Under the pieces are notes generated by a model. The model did no database searches and was not told where the DNA came from. It was given only the letters and a program-made list of their open reading frames with translations. Of a stretch of DNA of 64,000 nt, positions 63,960 through 64,000 are shown piece after piece. The first letter of the stretch is position 1. Each line of letters starts with the position of its first letter. The position numbers and the translations under genes are program-made. Origin of the DNA: a virus; IMG/VR virus record IMGVR_UViG_3300015263_000599, positions 30,453 to 94,452 of that record. One strand, 5' to 3'.

Positions 63960-64000
63960 TAGCCTCGGCGGGAGTCGAACCCGCAACGTCACTGAGGACC
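63960..64000 (-). tRNA. 3' half of a tRNA or tRNA-like RNA, truncated at window edge; isotype not determinable
   Basis: Minus strand ...GCGGG-TTCGACT-CCCGC-CGAGGCT-A: canonical T arm and acceptor 3' strand. Confidence 0.65.

Noticed and set aside
1-64000. Alternative genetic code (stop-codon reassignment) as seen in some huge phages
   Set aside because: Recognisable genes are full length in code 11 and end in TAA, TGA and TAG at sensible positions.

Overview
This 64 kb window is best read as part of a very large (jumbo or huge) dsDNA phage genome. It has dense short ORFs in alternating blocks, a UvsW-like helicase, a gp32-like SSB, HNH nucleases, RNA-repair enzymes, a sigma-70 factor, scattered auxiliary metabolic genes and no ordinary bacterial core operons. 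The sigma factor and several small secreted proteins suggest a Planctomycetota host; this is an inference. Protein content includes sugar-modifying enzymes (DegT aminotransferase, GNAT, a 1385-aa multi-domain glycosyltransferase, methyltransferases), pyrE and pyrF, PncC/CinA, an ADP-ribosylglycohydrolase, methionine aminopeptidase and a shortened arginyl-tRNA synthetase. There is also a ~10 kb envelope operon (three NitT/TauT-type binding proteins, two fused to OmpA-like domains, plus vWA, PspA/IM30-like protein, ABC permease and ATPase) and a J-domain-kinase / CoaB-aldolase / vWA / pyruvate-kinase-like cluster. The most striking signals are non-coding and invisible to the ORF track. (1) A 182-nt 'tRNA inside a tRNA' at 11706-11887 has an Ala-type G3:U70 acceptor and encoded CCA. 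(2) A 257-nt miniature RNase P RNA at 46962-47218 (-) has an intact catalytic core and an almost absent specificity domain. (3) A 228-nt multi-stem RNA lies directly downstream of a coiled-coil gene at 62667-62894 (-). All family calls come from motif recognition by eye and all RNA folds were paired by hand; no database search or folding program was run.
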